Origin: Podarcis liolepis
Lineage: Eukaryota
DNA length: 64,000 nt
Assembly (NCBI GenBank): GCA_965112155.1
Contig: OZ218098.1
Strand: one strand, 5' to 3'
The notes under the pieces were generated by a model. The model had not been told where the DNA came from, did not search any database, and worked only from the letters and a program-made list of their open reading frames with translations. The translations under genes and the position numbers were made by a program. This document shows, piece by piece, positions 27,994-41,259 of the stretch (the first letter of the stretch is position 1; each line of letters opens with the position of its first letter).

Positions 27994-28104
27994 TACTTCT
28001 CTGAGAGTAACCACATATCAGGATTTCATCAGTGAAAATAAAATGATCTCTGATTACTGGCACACTTTGGAAGGAAGTTAGAGTTTATCTTCAGTTTGCC
28101 AGAT

Positions 28105-28299
28105 CAGGGCCAGCCCACACGAGGCATGGTGAGGCAACCGCCTCAGGCAGCAGGATCCACTGAAGCAGCATATCCTGATGTTGATCTTTCTTCTATCCTT
28201 GTTCCTGATGTAGATCTTCCCTCACCCCTTCCCTTCCGGAGAGGCAAGATGCCATTTTGAGGTGCGCCTTAGGTGCCAAAATGTATTGGGCTAGCCCTG
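28105..28299. mobile_element. hAT MITE (related fragments at ~48887-49140)
   Basis: TIR CAGGGCCAGCCC / GGGCTAGCCCTG, TSD TGCCAGAT / GGCCAGAT. Confidence 0.8.
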
Positions 28300-29559
28300 G
28301 GCCAGATAGTTACTACATGAGAAGGCTTCTGCTGTGCCCAAGTCTCAGGGTATACTTTACTGTACAGTCAAACACTCAAGCACTTAAAGAGAGATAAAAT
28401 GGACACTTTCCAATATGAGAGCAAACCTTTTTTTCCATTTTGTTCAGAAGTGATAACAAACTTCAGACACACAAAAAGGGAGGAAATTAGGAGCTTCCTA
28501 TCTTGCCTTGCTAGTGCATCCAAACACAGTAAACTATGGATTGGCCAAACCACTGTTTGCCCACCAAACCAGAATTCAATCTATGGCTCAAGCTAACCGG
28601 GGTTTGCTATGTTGTAAAACAGCAATACAATTCAGGTCATTTCATTCATCTCATTACTATTCCAAGTATAATGTACTCACAGAAGCTAAGGGTTAAAACA
28701 GATATGAACAGACCACTCTGTCCATTAAGACATCCATCACAATCACTTAACACTAAACAAGGACACCTTTTGGTACATAACTGCTTTGCTCCAAGACTGA
28801 ACCAGCAAGTAGCTCTGTCCTCAACTCTGCCCAACAGTGAACGTATTTCAGTCATGTGTCATTTCAGAACCCCCATTAAAGTGCTATCATCTGGCTTTAT
28901 TCTAGCAGCTAAATTAAGAGTGATGTTCAGCTTTTGATATGTTATACATATTCCAGGGAGGCAGGTATCAATTAGAAGTTTCATATTTTTAGCTTTTTAC
29001 ATCTCATGGACATTTGGGATAGCATTGGCTAAATACTTAAATACACAGAGCTTAATTTCCTAGGAAGTTCTTCTATTCTATTCCTGGTGGATTGTTCCCA
29101 TAAATTTTACACTGTGCAGCTGGAAAACAAAATAGTTTTTAGTGTTATGCTTTTCCTTCAAAATGGGCAATGGTGGAAACTGTACACTGTCCTAATTTTC
29201 AGGTACAGCAGTGTTCTAAAGCACTGCTTCTTTTGGCTGACTGTTTAAATAATTCACTCTTCTTAAAAGCACCTTCACAGACCTCACCCAAAAGAGAAGC
29301 ATTCTGAAGGGCTTAGGGAACACAACAGTGTGAGATAATGCAAAGATTTGTACTCAATATATTCTGGGATCTTGTTTTCAAGGAAAAAGGAAAACATCAC
29401 AATTCAGCCTATTGATCCTATACCACAGATCACACTCTTTGTCTCGTTCTTGACTTCTTACAGCACCTGTTAAATAAAGATTTAGCTATTTCTCTAGTTA
29501 GTGCTACATATTCAATATTCAACACTGGATGCAACCATAGCTGCTTGGCATTTGCAAGG

Positions 29560-29730
29560 ATCAGCAGCAGAGCACAGGCTTTGCATGTAAATGGTCTCAG
29601 GCGCAGTCTCTCCTATCTTCAGGTAGACCTGGAAAAAACTCCTGTCCTGAATCTCTGGAGAGGCTCTGCTAGTTAGTATGGACAGCACCAAGATAGATGG
29701 ACCATGTATTGATATAAGGCACTTTCCTAC
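29560..29730 (+). mobile_element. Squam3-type SINE remnant
   Basis: AGAGCAC..CTTTGCATG...ACTCCTG..CTGAA..CTGGAGAG...AGATGGACCA...ATAAGGCA body. Confidence 0.65.
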
Positions 29731-30061
29731 AAGTTGGGTACGAAAGTTCCAAAAGTTCACCCCACAAATTCACCTATCCAAAAGAAAGTCTAAAACTGAA
29801 GATTTTCATACTATGTGGTATCCTTTTGTCTGTTTTATTATGAATTAACCTCATATTATGCAAAATACCTTCTCTGATATTATTTCAACTTTTACGGTTT
29901 TCAGCAACTTGTATATAAGTAATATGCAGCTTTTGGTGTTCTACAATTACTTTTATTTTTTGTATGTGAACTCTCACTTTCACTGATTATAAAACATAGT
30001 TTTAGGGACATGGATTTTATACTGAAGATTTTTCTGTACCAATCTTTTAAGTTACTCTTTA

Positions 30062-30313
30062 CGGTGCTACCTCTGGATGTGAACGGGATCCGTTCCGGAG
30101 CCCTGTTCGCATCCTGAAGCGAACGCAACCCATGTCTGCGTGTGTGCAGGTCACGATTTGCTGCTTCCACACATGCACGTGACGTCATTTTCAGCATCTG
30201 CGCATGCGCGAGCGGCGAAACCCGGAAGTAACACATTCCGTTACTTCCAGGTGGCCACGGAGCACAACCCGAAAACACTCAACCCGAAGCTACTTCAACC
30301 TGAGGTATGACTG
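30062..30313. mobile_element. Tc1/pogo-type MITE, CpG-retaining
   Basis: TA-CGGTGCTACCTC...GAGGTATGACTG-TA. Confidence 0.75.
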
Positions 30314-32493
30314 TATAGGTATATATCGGTTTCCTCCAAGCTTATTCTAAAACCATTAAAATTAGTATTAAAAGTACAGTTAGGTTTAACCACTGTCATA
30401 ATGAGAAATAGCTATTGAAATGTTTATCAGTATCTCAGACAGAAAACCAAGACATTACTGGAGCGATTTGAATAAGTTGGTTAGACATCAGATAGGTATC
30501 CTCTCAAGACGGCAACTTCACACAAAGGCCTATGAACATGAGAGACCCACCCTGCAGATGCTCATACTTCTAACTGCTTCTGGTGACCTCAGCAAGCCAA
30601 TGAGCCAACTGAATTCAGAGTGTGAACCTGGACATTTCTCTCCTCCCCAGCCTTGAATGTTTGTGCTGGCATGGAGAGCCACTGCACATGAGCAACTTGC
30701 TGTGTGAGAGGAGGACAGAGACTGGTTCTTAAGAGGTCTGACACTAGTCAGATTTTTCCTTCCCCCCCCCCCTTGTGTTCTGTGGAAGATCAGAACTAGT
30801 TTCTATCTGGCTTTTCCCCAAACCAGTGTAAGGACTCTGGAGCAAGCGGCTCACAGCTTATATTATTCAATCTACCTTGCTTTACATTTTCCTACATCTC
30901 CCACCAAACTTAAAACAACTTGTAAGGTTACTAATGAGAGACTGAATGTAATGGTGGAAGTTACTTGTTGTTAACGTTATCTTACTTAACATAACAGAAA
31001 GCACACCCTTTTTATGTAAAAGTCTAAACCGCAAACGTTAAAGAAAATTTCAAAAAACTTGGGGAATGTTTTTAAATAAAGTGACTTTGTTCTAATTATT
31101 TTCAGTATGGCTTTCTAAGCATGGAATCAGTGTGAGTTAATAGCCTATTTCCTCACTGGCTCGCAGCCAATCTGCCTCCACACTGACACTGTACACAAAC
31201 CAAAAGTCACCTCCAAAGATAAAGCACTTGTTCGGTCTGAGTACAAGCTTAAACCAGAATTGAGGAGAACTGAGACACAAATAAACAGAAAAGGCCATGC
31301 TTTTTTAGGTCCAAACTAGATATGAGGCAGCAAGCACATCTGTATATAGTCACAGAGTCATAGACAGGCTGGGACAAATGGGCCTGTAAATTAAGGATGG
31401 AGAATCTGTGCCCCTTCAGAAGTTGTTGGACTCTAATTTCCATCAGCCAGCATGGCCAGTGGTCTGAGATTATGGGATCTGTAGTCCGACAACTGGAGGG
31501 CCACATGTTCTCTGTCCCTACTATAAGTGACAGAGATTAAAGAGGAAGGTTCCAGAAAAAAGCACAATAGTGTACAAAAACAAGGGGGGGCAGTAATGAT
31601 TCTGCACCTAAATCACCTCACACCTAAAGATCTATCTTTACAATGCAAAATTTGCCATGTGATTATTCTCCTTTTACACTGAGTTTATTAAAAACAGAAC
31701 AGGACCCTAGTCTCTGAAACATAAACATGATAAGCAGCAGGGATGGCCAGCTTCTGTAACCTTAAGGTTATCAGCTCTCTTATTTCTTACCACCTGAAAA
31801 AGTTTTTACCCCTTCCCTAATAGGTAAAATCGCAAAATTTTGTCTAAATTTTTCATAGGGCCATCACAGATCAAATAATTCAGAGGCTACTCTAGCCAAG
31901 AAGCCACCAGTTGGCCAATCCAATGGATAATGATGCTGTGTTGTAAATTGCTCTTTTTTCCCCTTTCTTCTCTTCAGTTTGCTGATATTAAGGCAAGGGA
32001 AAAGATCATCATCTTCCTCCTGCTATTTTCATCAGCTGTTTTTTAAACAAAATTAACTTTTCAGGGCACCAGGAAAGAGCAGACAATTAAAAATGCACTT
32101 ATTGCATTATCTATTTCCTTAAGACCTACGGTTTTGGTAATCAGCTTAGTGATACATCTAATGTACTGAAGACTTGCTCTCGGCAGCTGAATAGCAAATC
32201 TAGCTTCAAAGGCTTATTATATTCCCTGAAAGCCTTTGTAGTCCACATTTTTACAGCAAAATGTGTTAAACCCATGATACCCATATTCCCCCAAAATATA
32301 TGCATAAATCTATATACATTCAACAGCCTAGATTTGGATAAAAGTTGCTATTAATATTGTATTGATTTCATTTATTTATTAAATTTGTATACCACCCTTC
32401 ATCCAAATATGTCAGGAAGGTTCACAGTATAAAAATACAAAATAAAAAATGCATAATAAAAACAAGAGAAAAAACAAAACAAGCCCATAATCC

Positions 32494-32495
<2 letters not shown>

Positions 32496-32540
<45 letters not shown>
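32496..32540. repeat. (TTG)n microsatellite
   Basis: Read directly from sequence. Confidence 0.95.
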
Positions 32541-32542
<2 letters not shown>

Positions 32543-32652
32543 ATATTATAGATTATTGTAGATTATTAGTATTATTGACCTAATAGGCTAGGACGATAGG
32601 CAAGGCCTCATGCAAGTTCATCCTATCAGCTTCATTTTTGGGTGGGGATTTG

Positions 32653-32806
32653 NNNNNNNNNNNNNNNNNNNNNNNNNNNNNNNNNNNNNNNNNNNNNNNN
32701 NNNNNNNNNNNNNNNNNNNNNNNNNNNNNNNNNNNNNNNNNNNNNNNNNNNNNNNNNNNNNNNNNNNNNNNNNNNNNNNNNNNNNNNNNNNNNNNNNNNN
32801 NNNNNN
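32653..32806. other. Assembly gap (154 N)
   Basis: Run of N. Confidence 1.
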
Positions 32807-33354
32807 CTAGTCCAGTGCTCTAACCACACTGGCTGTTCAGAATTCAAGATCTGACGCTTATTCAGGTTTCATATTATTGTTTATTTTATCTGCCTCACCA
32901 AACACAGCCGTTTACAGTGGAATATAGTTCAATGTAACAGAACACTTCTCCACTTTGTTACTATATGTGCATTTTCTCCTTATATGTTTAGAATTCCGGT
33001 AATAATATTAGAGCTCAAGGTTGGAAGCAATCATATGTATAAAGAGAAAATATGTGTTACTTCGGCACAGTGACAGCTCTTCAATGATTTCCAAAGTGTG
33101 CCTGTGCTAATCAACTTGGAATAAATTGATAAGTTGAATAAGTACACTTTGCACTTTCATGGGACCCTGAAGCCAGACACTGAGGTTCCCCAGACGATAC
33201 CACAGAGGAATGGCACATGGCGAGGCAGTGACAGCACTGCACCAGCCAAGGCTCCAGCTGACCACCAACCTCATTTCCCAGAATGCCTCTGGGCTCAGAG
33301 AAGAAGATGGCAGGCAGCTGGCAGCAGTTGCACTAGTTAGCAGTCTATTTAGAG

Positions 33355-33800
33355 TCCACCTTAAAGTACATATTTTAACCTTTTAAAGCCACCAACTGCT
33401 TCGGTCCAAGTTATTTGAAGGGCACCTTCCCCCATATCAGCAGCTCTGTACATTATGCTCATCAGTTGAGGCCTTCTGCCCATCAGAATAATCAGGTTGG
33501 GCAGAAGTGTGTGTGTGTTTTCTCCCCTGTAGTGATTTTATCCTTCTGAAATGTGCTGCTGATGGAGGCAAGTCATCCTCATTCCCTACAGTCATTTAGG
33601 GGAGTCCTTATAACCCATCTGTTCTCACTGCCTTTTCCTTGAAGGTATGTTTTGCTTTATTGCATTGCTGATTGTGTTTAGCTTGCAGCTGGCTGTTTTT
33701 AATGCAAGTGGCTTTCATTATGCATATTTATTTTTATTATATTACACTTTTATCTTGTAACTTGAAAGTGCGTCTACCCTTAAAGGCAGCTTTCAAATAT
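33355..33800 (+). mobile_element. Old L2 LINE 3' end (a similar remnant lies at ~35262-35620)
   Basis: Decayed TFKA...GPSYL..HL.PY...R.L.S motif followed by a T-rich 3' UTR. Boundaries approximate. Confidence 0.55.
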
Positions 33801-34564
33801 TTAAAATAAGATAACCAGAACTATTCCAGGACAGGCAACTTAACACTAATGTGGAAAAAAGACAGTTTTATAAAGGCAAGTATGCATGAATGTTGACATG
33901 CCTCATATTATTATTTTCTGCTGTATCATCCTTGCTATCACATTGCTGGAAGACTTGATAAACTGCAAAAAGGAGCGTTAAAATGTTTCTGCGGGAATTT
34001 CTTGCAGTGTTCCTATATGCCAGCATCATTAATAGGTGTACACAAGGGAAAGGGGATAATCCTTCTGTAGAAGAAAGCATGAAGACAATGCTCTTGATGA
34101 AGAATACGCCTACCTACAAAATTTCATGTTCCATCAACTTTTTTTAAAAAAACTAATTAGATTAACTTATTCAAAATATCTCTCCCACTCTCTCTGTATA
34201 TATGTTTCTTGATTCGGAATGTGAAAATTGAATGCATATGTTAATTAACCAGAACTTTTCCCCCCTGCTCAGAAACAGCCTTTATTTTAAGGGCAGGGGG
34301 AACACCCAATCTAGAAGCATTTGATGTGCAAAATGCTTCCTTGATTTAGTGTTGGATTTGCAGTTGATGTCACCAGTGATCAGTGATGGGGTCTCTGTGC
34401 TGTGAAATGCCCCTTGTCACAGTTCAAGCTGATGCGGGCAGAAGACTTTGACACCCAAGTATTCAGGTGTTTTACTTCTGACATTCTCCACAAGGGACAG
34501 TCCCATTTTTAGCTACATTCCAGGATTGTGACTGCCACCAGCTAGTGCCAAAATGTCAATATTG

Positions 34565-34567
<3 letters not shown>

Positions 34568-34613
<46 letters not shown>
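34568..34613. repeat. (TA)n microsatellite
   Basis: Read directly from sequence. Confidence 0.95.
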
Positions 34614-34616
<3 letters not shown>

Positions 34617-34876
34617 AGTTACACTTAGGTTCTTCATGATCTGATTATATCTGACATCTCAAGGTTTTAGCTATCCAATTCAGCCCTGTAAGCTCTTTCA
34701 TTCTATATCAGTAGCAGCTTAAACACTGCTGATCTTACTAAGATGTTTATTAATAAAACAAACTCTCACTTCCTCCCACCCGTGAGTTCACAGTATTCAA
34801 AGTTTCTAAAGTTGCTCTTTTTAATTGGCCAAACTCTAGGCAACTTCTTTTTTCATTTAGGTATAAGTCCATTACA

Positions 34877-35093
34877 TTGGCCATCTCATGAGAAGACTCC
34901 CTGGAAAAGACCCTGATGCTGGGAAAGATGGAGGGCACAAGGAGAAGGGGACGACAGAGGACGAGATGGTTGGACAGTGCTATCAAATCTACCAACATGA
35001 GTTTGAGGCAGTGGAAGACAGGAGTGCCTGGCAAGCTCTGGTCCATGGGGTCACGAAGAGTCTGACACAACTAAATGAGTAAACAACAACAAC
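34877..35093 (+). mobile_element. Bov-B (RTE clade) LINE 3' fragment
   Basis: DSLEKTLMLGKMEGTRRRGRQRTRWLD, (CAA)n tail, TSD ATAAGTCCAT / ATAGGTCCAT. Confidence 0.9.
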
Positions 35094-35660
35094 ATAGGTC
35101 CATAGTCCTTTGAAACTCTCAGCTCCACAAAAGATGGTACATCAGAACATGTACATGGAAAAACTGAACTACAGATGCACTAAAATATAATATGCTGTTA
35201 CTAAGCAGGAGGGGAAACATAACCAGGCATATCCAGATTATGTCAAACAAAACTCAACACTTAGGATCGCTCTTAAAATAATATATCTGAAAGACCAACT
35301 CCCTTCCTACGGACTGTCTGGGGTGTTGAAATAGGCAGAGGAGGCTCTCTTGTAATTTCACCAAGCTCACATTTGGAGTGGAGAGGGAGTGGCAACCCCT
35401 AAACAGTGAAATTCCTTTCCCAAAGAGTACCTTCATAATATAGTTTCCATGGTATGCTGAAAACACACTACCTTGCCCGGCTTTTGATGGCCAAGGTATA
35501 AATTTTAGAGCCCACCCTAGTCTCCTGACTGCAATTTAACTGGTTTTAGTACTGTATTTTTTATATTATTGAAATCCATGCTGGGATCTCATGACGAAGA
35601 ACAGAGAAGGAACCATCATCATCATCATCAGTCTGGATTCAACTAACCTATTCCTATAGC

Positions 35661-35946
35661 TCACTGGTGCTCACTGGAAGGACAGATCCTGAAGCTGAGG
35701 CTCCAATACTTTGGCCACCTCATGAGAAGAGAAGACTCCCTGGAAAAGACCCTGATGCTGGGAAAGATGGAGGGCACAAGGAGAAAGGGACGACAGAGGA
35801 CGAGATGGTTGGACAATGTTCTCGAAGCTACAAACATGAGTCTGACCAAACTGCGGGAGGCAGTGGAAGACAGGAGTGCCTGGCGTGCTCTGATCCATGG
35901 GGTCCCGAAGAGTCGGACACGACTAAACGACTAAACAACAACAACA
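35661..35946 (+). mobile_element. Bov-B (RTE clade) LINE 3' fragment
   Basis: LKLRLQYFGHLMRREDSLEKTLMLGK...HGVPKSRTRLND*, (CAA)n tail, TSD ATTCCT(A/C)TAGC. Confidence 0.93.
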
Positions 35947-36440
35947 ATTCCTCTAGCAGAAGTCACAAGGACCCCTGTTGATGCAGCAGGGCTTCCCCCC
36001 ACCCCATTCCCTAAGTCTTTCCCAAACCCCAAGAAGAAAATCCATGGGGAGAAGAGGGGCAATTGTTCCATCTCACAAACAGAAATGCTTGCACTGACAG
36101 AACAATCTCCTTGGCGCTATTTTGCATTCCACCCAATATATACTTTTAGATGCACAAATGTATCTGGGAAGTTTGCCTCTCTTTATATTGCTGCTACTGT
36201 AAAACTGGACTTTTGTTTTCTAGGTAGCAGAGTCCCATCTTCTCAGAGACTGCTTCAATAGATACCACCAGAGGTACAAGATGGCGGTCTTCTGTTGTTA
36301 CCACCAAAGCTTGGATGATCTTTCCCAGTGTATAATGTCTGATGGCTACAGATACCCCTTGCTCAAAAGGTAAGTTAGTAACACAAGACAAACAAATAAT
36401 TAGAGGTCTGACCTTAACAAAATTCATGGTTTCTCCTTAC

Positions 36441-36607
36441 CTCAGATGCTCCAGAGAGGCTGGGCACTGCAACAGGTGCACTGATTTGCTTTTTCAAACA
36501 GTGTTCAGTCGATTTCTTTCCATCCTGGCTCTCTCCTTCATTCAGCATCCTGCTCCATCCAAGTTGACCATAGTCTCCTCTACCCCATGTAAATACTTTC
36601 CCTGTTT
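36441..36607 (-). CDS. SERGEF: SERGEF exon 9 (ETGKVFTWGRGDYGQLGWSRM...VPSLSGASE); gene continues beyond the exons found
   Basis: TTCAG acceptor, GAG|GTAAG donor, 167 nt. Exons 1-9 total 999 nt with no stop codon. Confidence 0.95.
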
Positions 36608-36711
36608 CTGAATAGAACACACGCAGTTGTTCAGCATTAGTCCTCCAGACAAAACTTAATCACTGTGAAAACACCAGCAACTCAGCGATATAAGAAAAAT
36701 AACAAGAAACT

Positions 36712-37248
36712 TTACTTTTGGAAAATATACTTTTCCAAAAAAGCCAGAAGAACCTGCTAGGTTTGGTGGGAGAAGATATTAAGAAGACAGACCAAAGATT
36801 TTATCTGTATGCAACAACAGCAGCTAGAGTTTTAATAGCCCAAAAGTGGAAGTTACAGGAGATTTCGACTGTAAGGGAATGGCAGATAAAGCTGGTCGAA
36901 TACGCTGAAATGGCAAAATTGACACACAGAATTCGAAATCAGGAGGAGACGAAATACCAAAAGATTGGAGTAAATTTATGGTTTATATAAATGAGAACTG
37001 TAGAAATATGAAAACGTTGGCAGGATTGAATTAAATCTTATGTCACGGTGTAATTTTTAACCAATGAAACTGTGAATTATAGATTGGAATAAGAAAACTT
37101 ATGGAAGGGACGGATGGAAGTCAACGGCTCTATGGAGCATAAAGTAGGATATATGTAATATGCAATAAGATTTGATGTTTTTGTTGGTTGGTGTTGGTGT
37201 TCTTAAATGTCAATAAAAAGCATTTGGAAGAAAAAAGGGGGGAAGAAA
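36712..37248 (+). mobile_element. 5'-truncated L1-clade LINE, antisense to SERGEF
   Basis: YATTAARVLIAQKWK...EWQIKLVEYAEMAKLT ORF2 C-terminus, AATAAA and A-rich tail, perfect 20-bp TSD AAGAAAAATAACAAGAAACT (36692-36711 / 37249-37268). Confidence 0.9.
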
Positions 37249-40009
37249 AAGAAAAATAACAAGAAACTAGGCTTTTTTAAAAAAATGCACTCCAAGCTCT
37301 TCTGACTTCAACGGTTACCGGTAATTAACACTCAGCTTCTTTTCCTACTTCCCCAGTTCATATTTCTCAAATTCCCCTCTCCTTACATTTTCCCTACAAG
37401 TTCCAGTCTATCTCAAGGTGGTGGTAGAGGCTTTTCTGTACAAGCACTGAGATTAGTAATGAGCTGGATAGATAAAAGGTAACCCAGGCAAGAGGGAGCT
37501 GATGATTCGTCATGCTGGAGAGAGAGACTCAGTGGACCAGTTGGTCATAAAATATTAGTTCTACCCAGATGGGCTCCTACTCCTTATTGAGTTGCAGGTT
37601 CATATTCTGAAAATACTTGTCCATCCAGCAATTCTCCTAAATGATCAGGTAACAATAGTCCTGTAGCAGCATTTTACCAACTTTAGTTGCACCCCCTACT
37701 GGAAAAGAGATGCCTGCTACTGTCATTCATGCCTTGGTGGCAACAGGGGCCTGACAATGAAAGTCCCAGGGTATAGGCTGAAGGCACATGAGGCTACCAT
37801 CTTGCTGAAGCTAAGCATGGCTGGGTTGGGTCAGTGTCTGAATGGAGGTGAGTGCCCGGAAACCATGTGTTTATCGTCTTGGGTTCCACAACAAAAGAAA
37901 GGTAGGATACAAATTTTAAAAAAATAAAAATAATAAAAGTGATCTGGAAACTTTGGTACAGACATCCATCTCTTCACAAGTACACACCTAGGAGGACACA
38001 TAATACCCATTCTGAAGCCCTCTTCAATAAGGAAGCTTGTAAGCACATCTAAGCAAACACCCCTTTCAGACTTTCATGCCAAACATGCCCTAGGTGGTCC
38101 ATTTCTTTACTGCACCTGTCTTCCTTTCAGAAACAGGAAAAAGCGGTTTTATTCCCTCAAGCTCAGGCAAGTTAAGTTCTTAAATTGTTGCCTTATGCTG
38201 CTCTTCATTCCTTTATTTAGGTTTTTTTTAAGCTGTCGTGTTTTTTATGATTCCTTAAATTAGTTTAATCTGCTTCTATGTAAGCTACTTTGACAATGCT
38301 TGTATGAAAAAAACTGCACATAAATATCAAATAAATATTCTCTCCTAAATATTTTTGCTGCCTGTGGGCAAAGGAAAAGATGGTGCCTTTCCCATTCCAG
38401 ACACAGAAGCTGACCAGGGTAGAAGTTGAGTTCAGCATCCTCCATTGCACCTGTGGCCAGAAGCTATCTTAGGGGATGTGAGGTGAGTTGAATGGCACAC
38501 AGAGTTCTGTGCACTTCCTGTCCCCCAGCATGTTCTGCCAAAGGCGCCTGCTTCACTCTGCCTAACAACAGGGCTGGCCTGTTTAGGGGTACTCTCATTT
38601 ACCTACTCATATTGAAATACTGCTGCCCAACGAGGCCAAACTTAGATTCACAAAATCATTAGGGGTATGCGTACCCCTGCGTCCCCCCCAGAAAAAAAGC
38701 ACTGGGGCTGGCCCTGAAACCAGTGCACTGAGGCAGACTGGCTGTTGCTCCTTCTGCCTCAGCCCTCACACAAGGACTTTCCTCAGAAAAGCTTATGAGC
38801 AAGCCTCAAAAAAGTGAACTCCCTTCTCCTACTTCCCCCTGCTTCCTTCACTACAGAAAGAGGCGAGAGCCCGCACCAGGAGATCTTGCAGCTATTTGAC
38901 CATGTGGACAGTTCATTTGCAAGACAGGCTGCCAAATCAAAGAACACTTGTTATTTATCACTGCCAACCAAGGCTTGGGCTTGTTTAAAATTCAAGCTAT
39001 GATGCGCCTCTCACTTTTAAACTTTTAATAGCAATATCTAAATGCAGATAGCAGTCTAATTATAGTTATGCAATTAAAAACAAATGTAGCTCCTCATTAT
39101 CCTTGCAAGTTTAACTGTTGCTCTGAAGGTTCAAGAAAGACATTGGTTTCTCATATTAATAACAAAAAACCATATAAAGGACAAGGAAACGATGAACCTG
39201 CTCATCTCTTTCAGAAGGCAAGGATGCCAAAACATTAGCCATTACTGTATTTGGAAATGCATCACAGGGTGACCAAAGGTTTATTTTATAGTGTGCTACA
39301 GTACCTACAGTATAGTTTATTTTACACTATTCAGATGTTTGTCTCAACATGCAGGTGAAGGGGTATAGGATTGCAGCCCCTTGTGGCTGCAGGCTTCCGC
39401 CCAAAACAAATTCAGAACAGCATATGAGAGAATTTATGCCTATGCTCTGCCCACATGATCTCAGCTTAATTGTATGGACAGAGTGATACACACAATTCAT
39501 ACACACACAACTCCTGAAGACATTACTCTGGACACATGCACAGGTGGAGCCAACAGCCACACTCTATCCCTTTCTGTGTATTTGAGCACCTGAACAAGTG
39601 GTAGCATTTGTTTATTAAATTGTAGGTTATCTCAAGCATCCTTCAGTATCCTCAAAAAGGCATCTACATTAAGGTTAATAATAAGCAAGTTTCAAAAAAT
39701 TTAAAATTGATGAAGTTTATCACACCCACTTACTAATTTAATTTGTGGACTGTCATTTTTACAAATCGTATTAAAACACTTATATTAATTGTTCTGTGGC
39801 TTTAGCCATCCCCTGGAGCTAGTTTTTAAAGCAGCACTGCAAGAATTTACCATCACTTAAAATCTCAGCTATTCTAAGAGAAAAGCCAAGCACTGCTTGC
39901 CTTTGCAATCCACCATTGTCCAAATACCGCAGATCAAGACAGATCTATTGTCTGCTCTAAGCTGCCGACAGTAAGGTGGCAGGGAAATAAAAATATGTAG
40001 ACATCAATG

Positions 40010-40027
40010 CTGCCCTCTAGAGGGTAG
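40010..40027. promoter_or_regulatory. Candidate CTCF site (near-palindromic)
   Basis: Minus strand reads CCCTCTAGAGGGCAGC, versus the CTCF core CCACTAGAGGGCAGC. Confidence 0.5.
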
Positions 40028-40847
40028 TTGCAGCACCACAAGCCAGATTTTCTTTGTTCCAAACTTGGCCAAATTCCAACAAGCAATTAGACAATTTACC
40101 AGCACTGCTTTATCTAAAGAAGTTATGTAGTTAGCAATCCCTTATTGCTCCCTAAGGACCAGAAAGTCAAGAGAAGCCCCCTCCTTGCACTCTGAAGTTT
40201 CCATCTTCAATTCATTCCTGTCCTCAATGCTCTCCCAACAAGCTCTTCTCCCTGTAATCCTTAGCCCTGGTTCTTCTCCCTTCATCAGATGTCGATGTTC
40301 ATGTCTGTGTGCAGCTGAATGTCTCTAAAGGATGGCAAAGAGTTCATGCCCTAGAGTTCTGTGATTCAGTTGGGCCTCTTCCTACCTGTCAATGATTTGT
40401 TCAGTGTTTCCATAGCCATTCCAATTTTTATCTACTGGTACAACTAAAATAGAATAAAATATACAGATAAGAGATGTGCCAGAAAGCTTTGTATGTTACT
40501 GAACTGAACACGCAATTTTCGTCCTTCTATTTTCACATCCACACACGGATTGCGATATTACACAGTTTAGGCACCAGATGGCACTGGGCTTGGCTGTATC
40601 TGGGTGGTGAGAGTTTCCCTCTTGCTGTTCTTGTCTTAAGAGAGAGAAAAGTATGTAAGATTACAGTATTGTCTAACTTCCCAGTTAGACAACTGTGTAA
40701 GTCTTCCTTGACCTTGAGACCTACCCTGTGTTGAATTTTAGATCGCAAGTTCCATAGGACATGGCTTGTCTTTGGTGCTACTTTGTAAAACACCAAGCAT
40801 GTTAGGGGTGCTATTTATTATTATTAAGGAAAGCTTTTACTGTAGAA

Positions 40848-41228
40848 CAGAGGTCGGCAACCCGCGGCTCCGGAGCCGCATGCGGCTCTTTTACACCTTT
40901 GCCGCGGCTCCGCAGATCCTCGGGGACCCTGAGCAGAAAAGGAGAAGCGCCAGAAAGAGGAGGGGGATGGAGCTGGGCAGCCGAGCCGGGCAAAGCAAGG
41001 CAGCGGCGGCAGCGGAGCTCGAGAGGCGGCGGCTGCTGGGATGGAGGAGGAGGCGGCGGCGGCCAGAGAAGGGCTGCTGCTGCTGCTTCTGCCGCTGGAG
41101 GGAAGTTCTGCCAGGCGGCTTCACGGCTCATAGCTTCCCCCGCCCACCCAGGCCACGCTCTCCTCAGCCCCGTGCGCGAGGCACCTGAGGCGAGGGGGGA
41201 GAGAGAGCGCGCTCGAGATGGCGGGGCG

Positions 41229-41259
<31 letters not shown>

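Noticed and set aside
32610-32854. ORFs containing X runs
   Set aside because: Artefacts of translating through the assembly gap.
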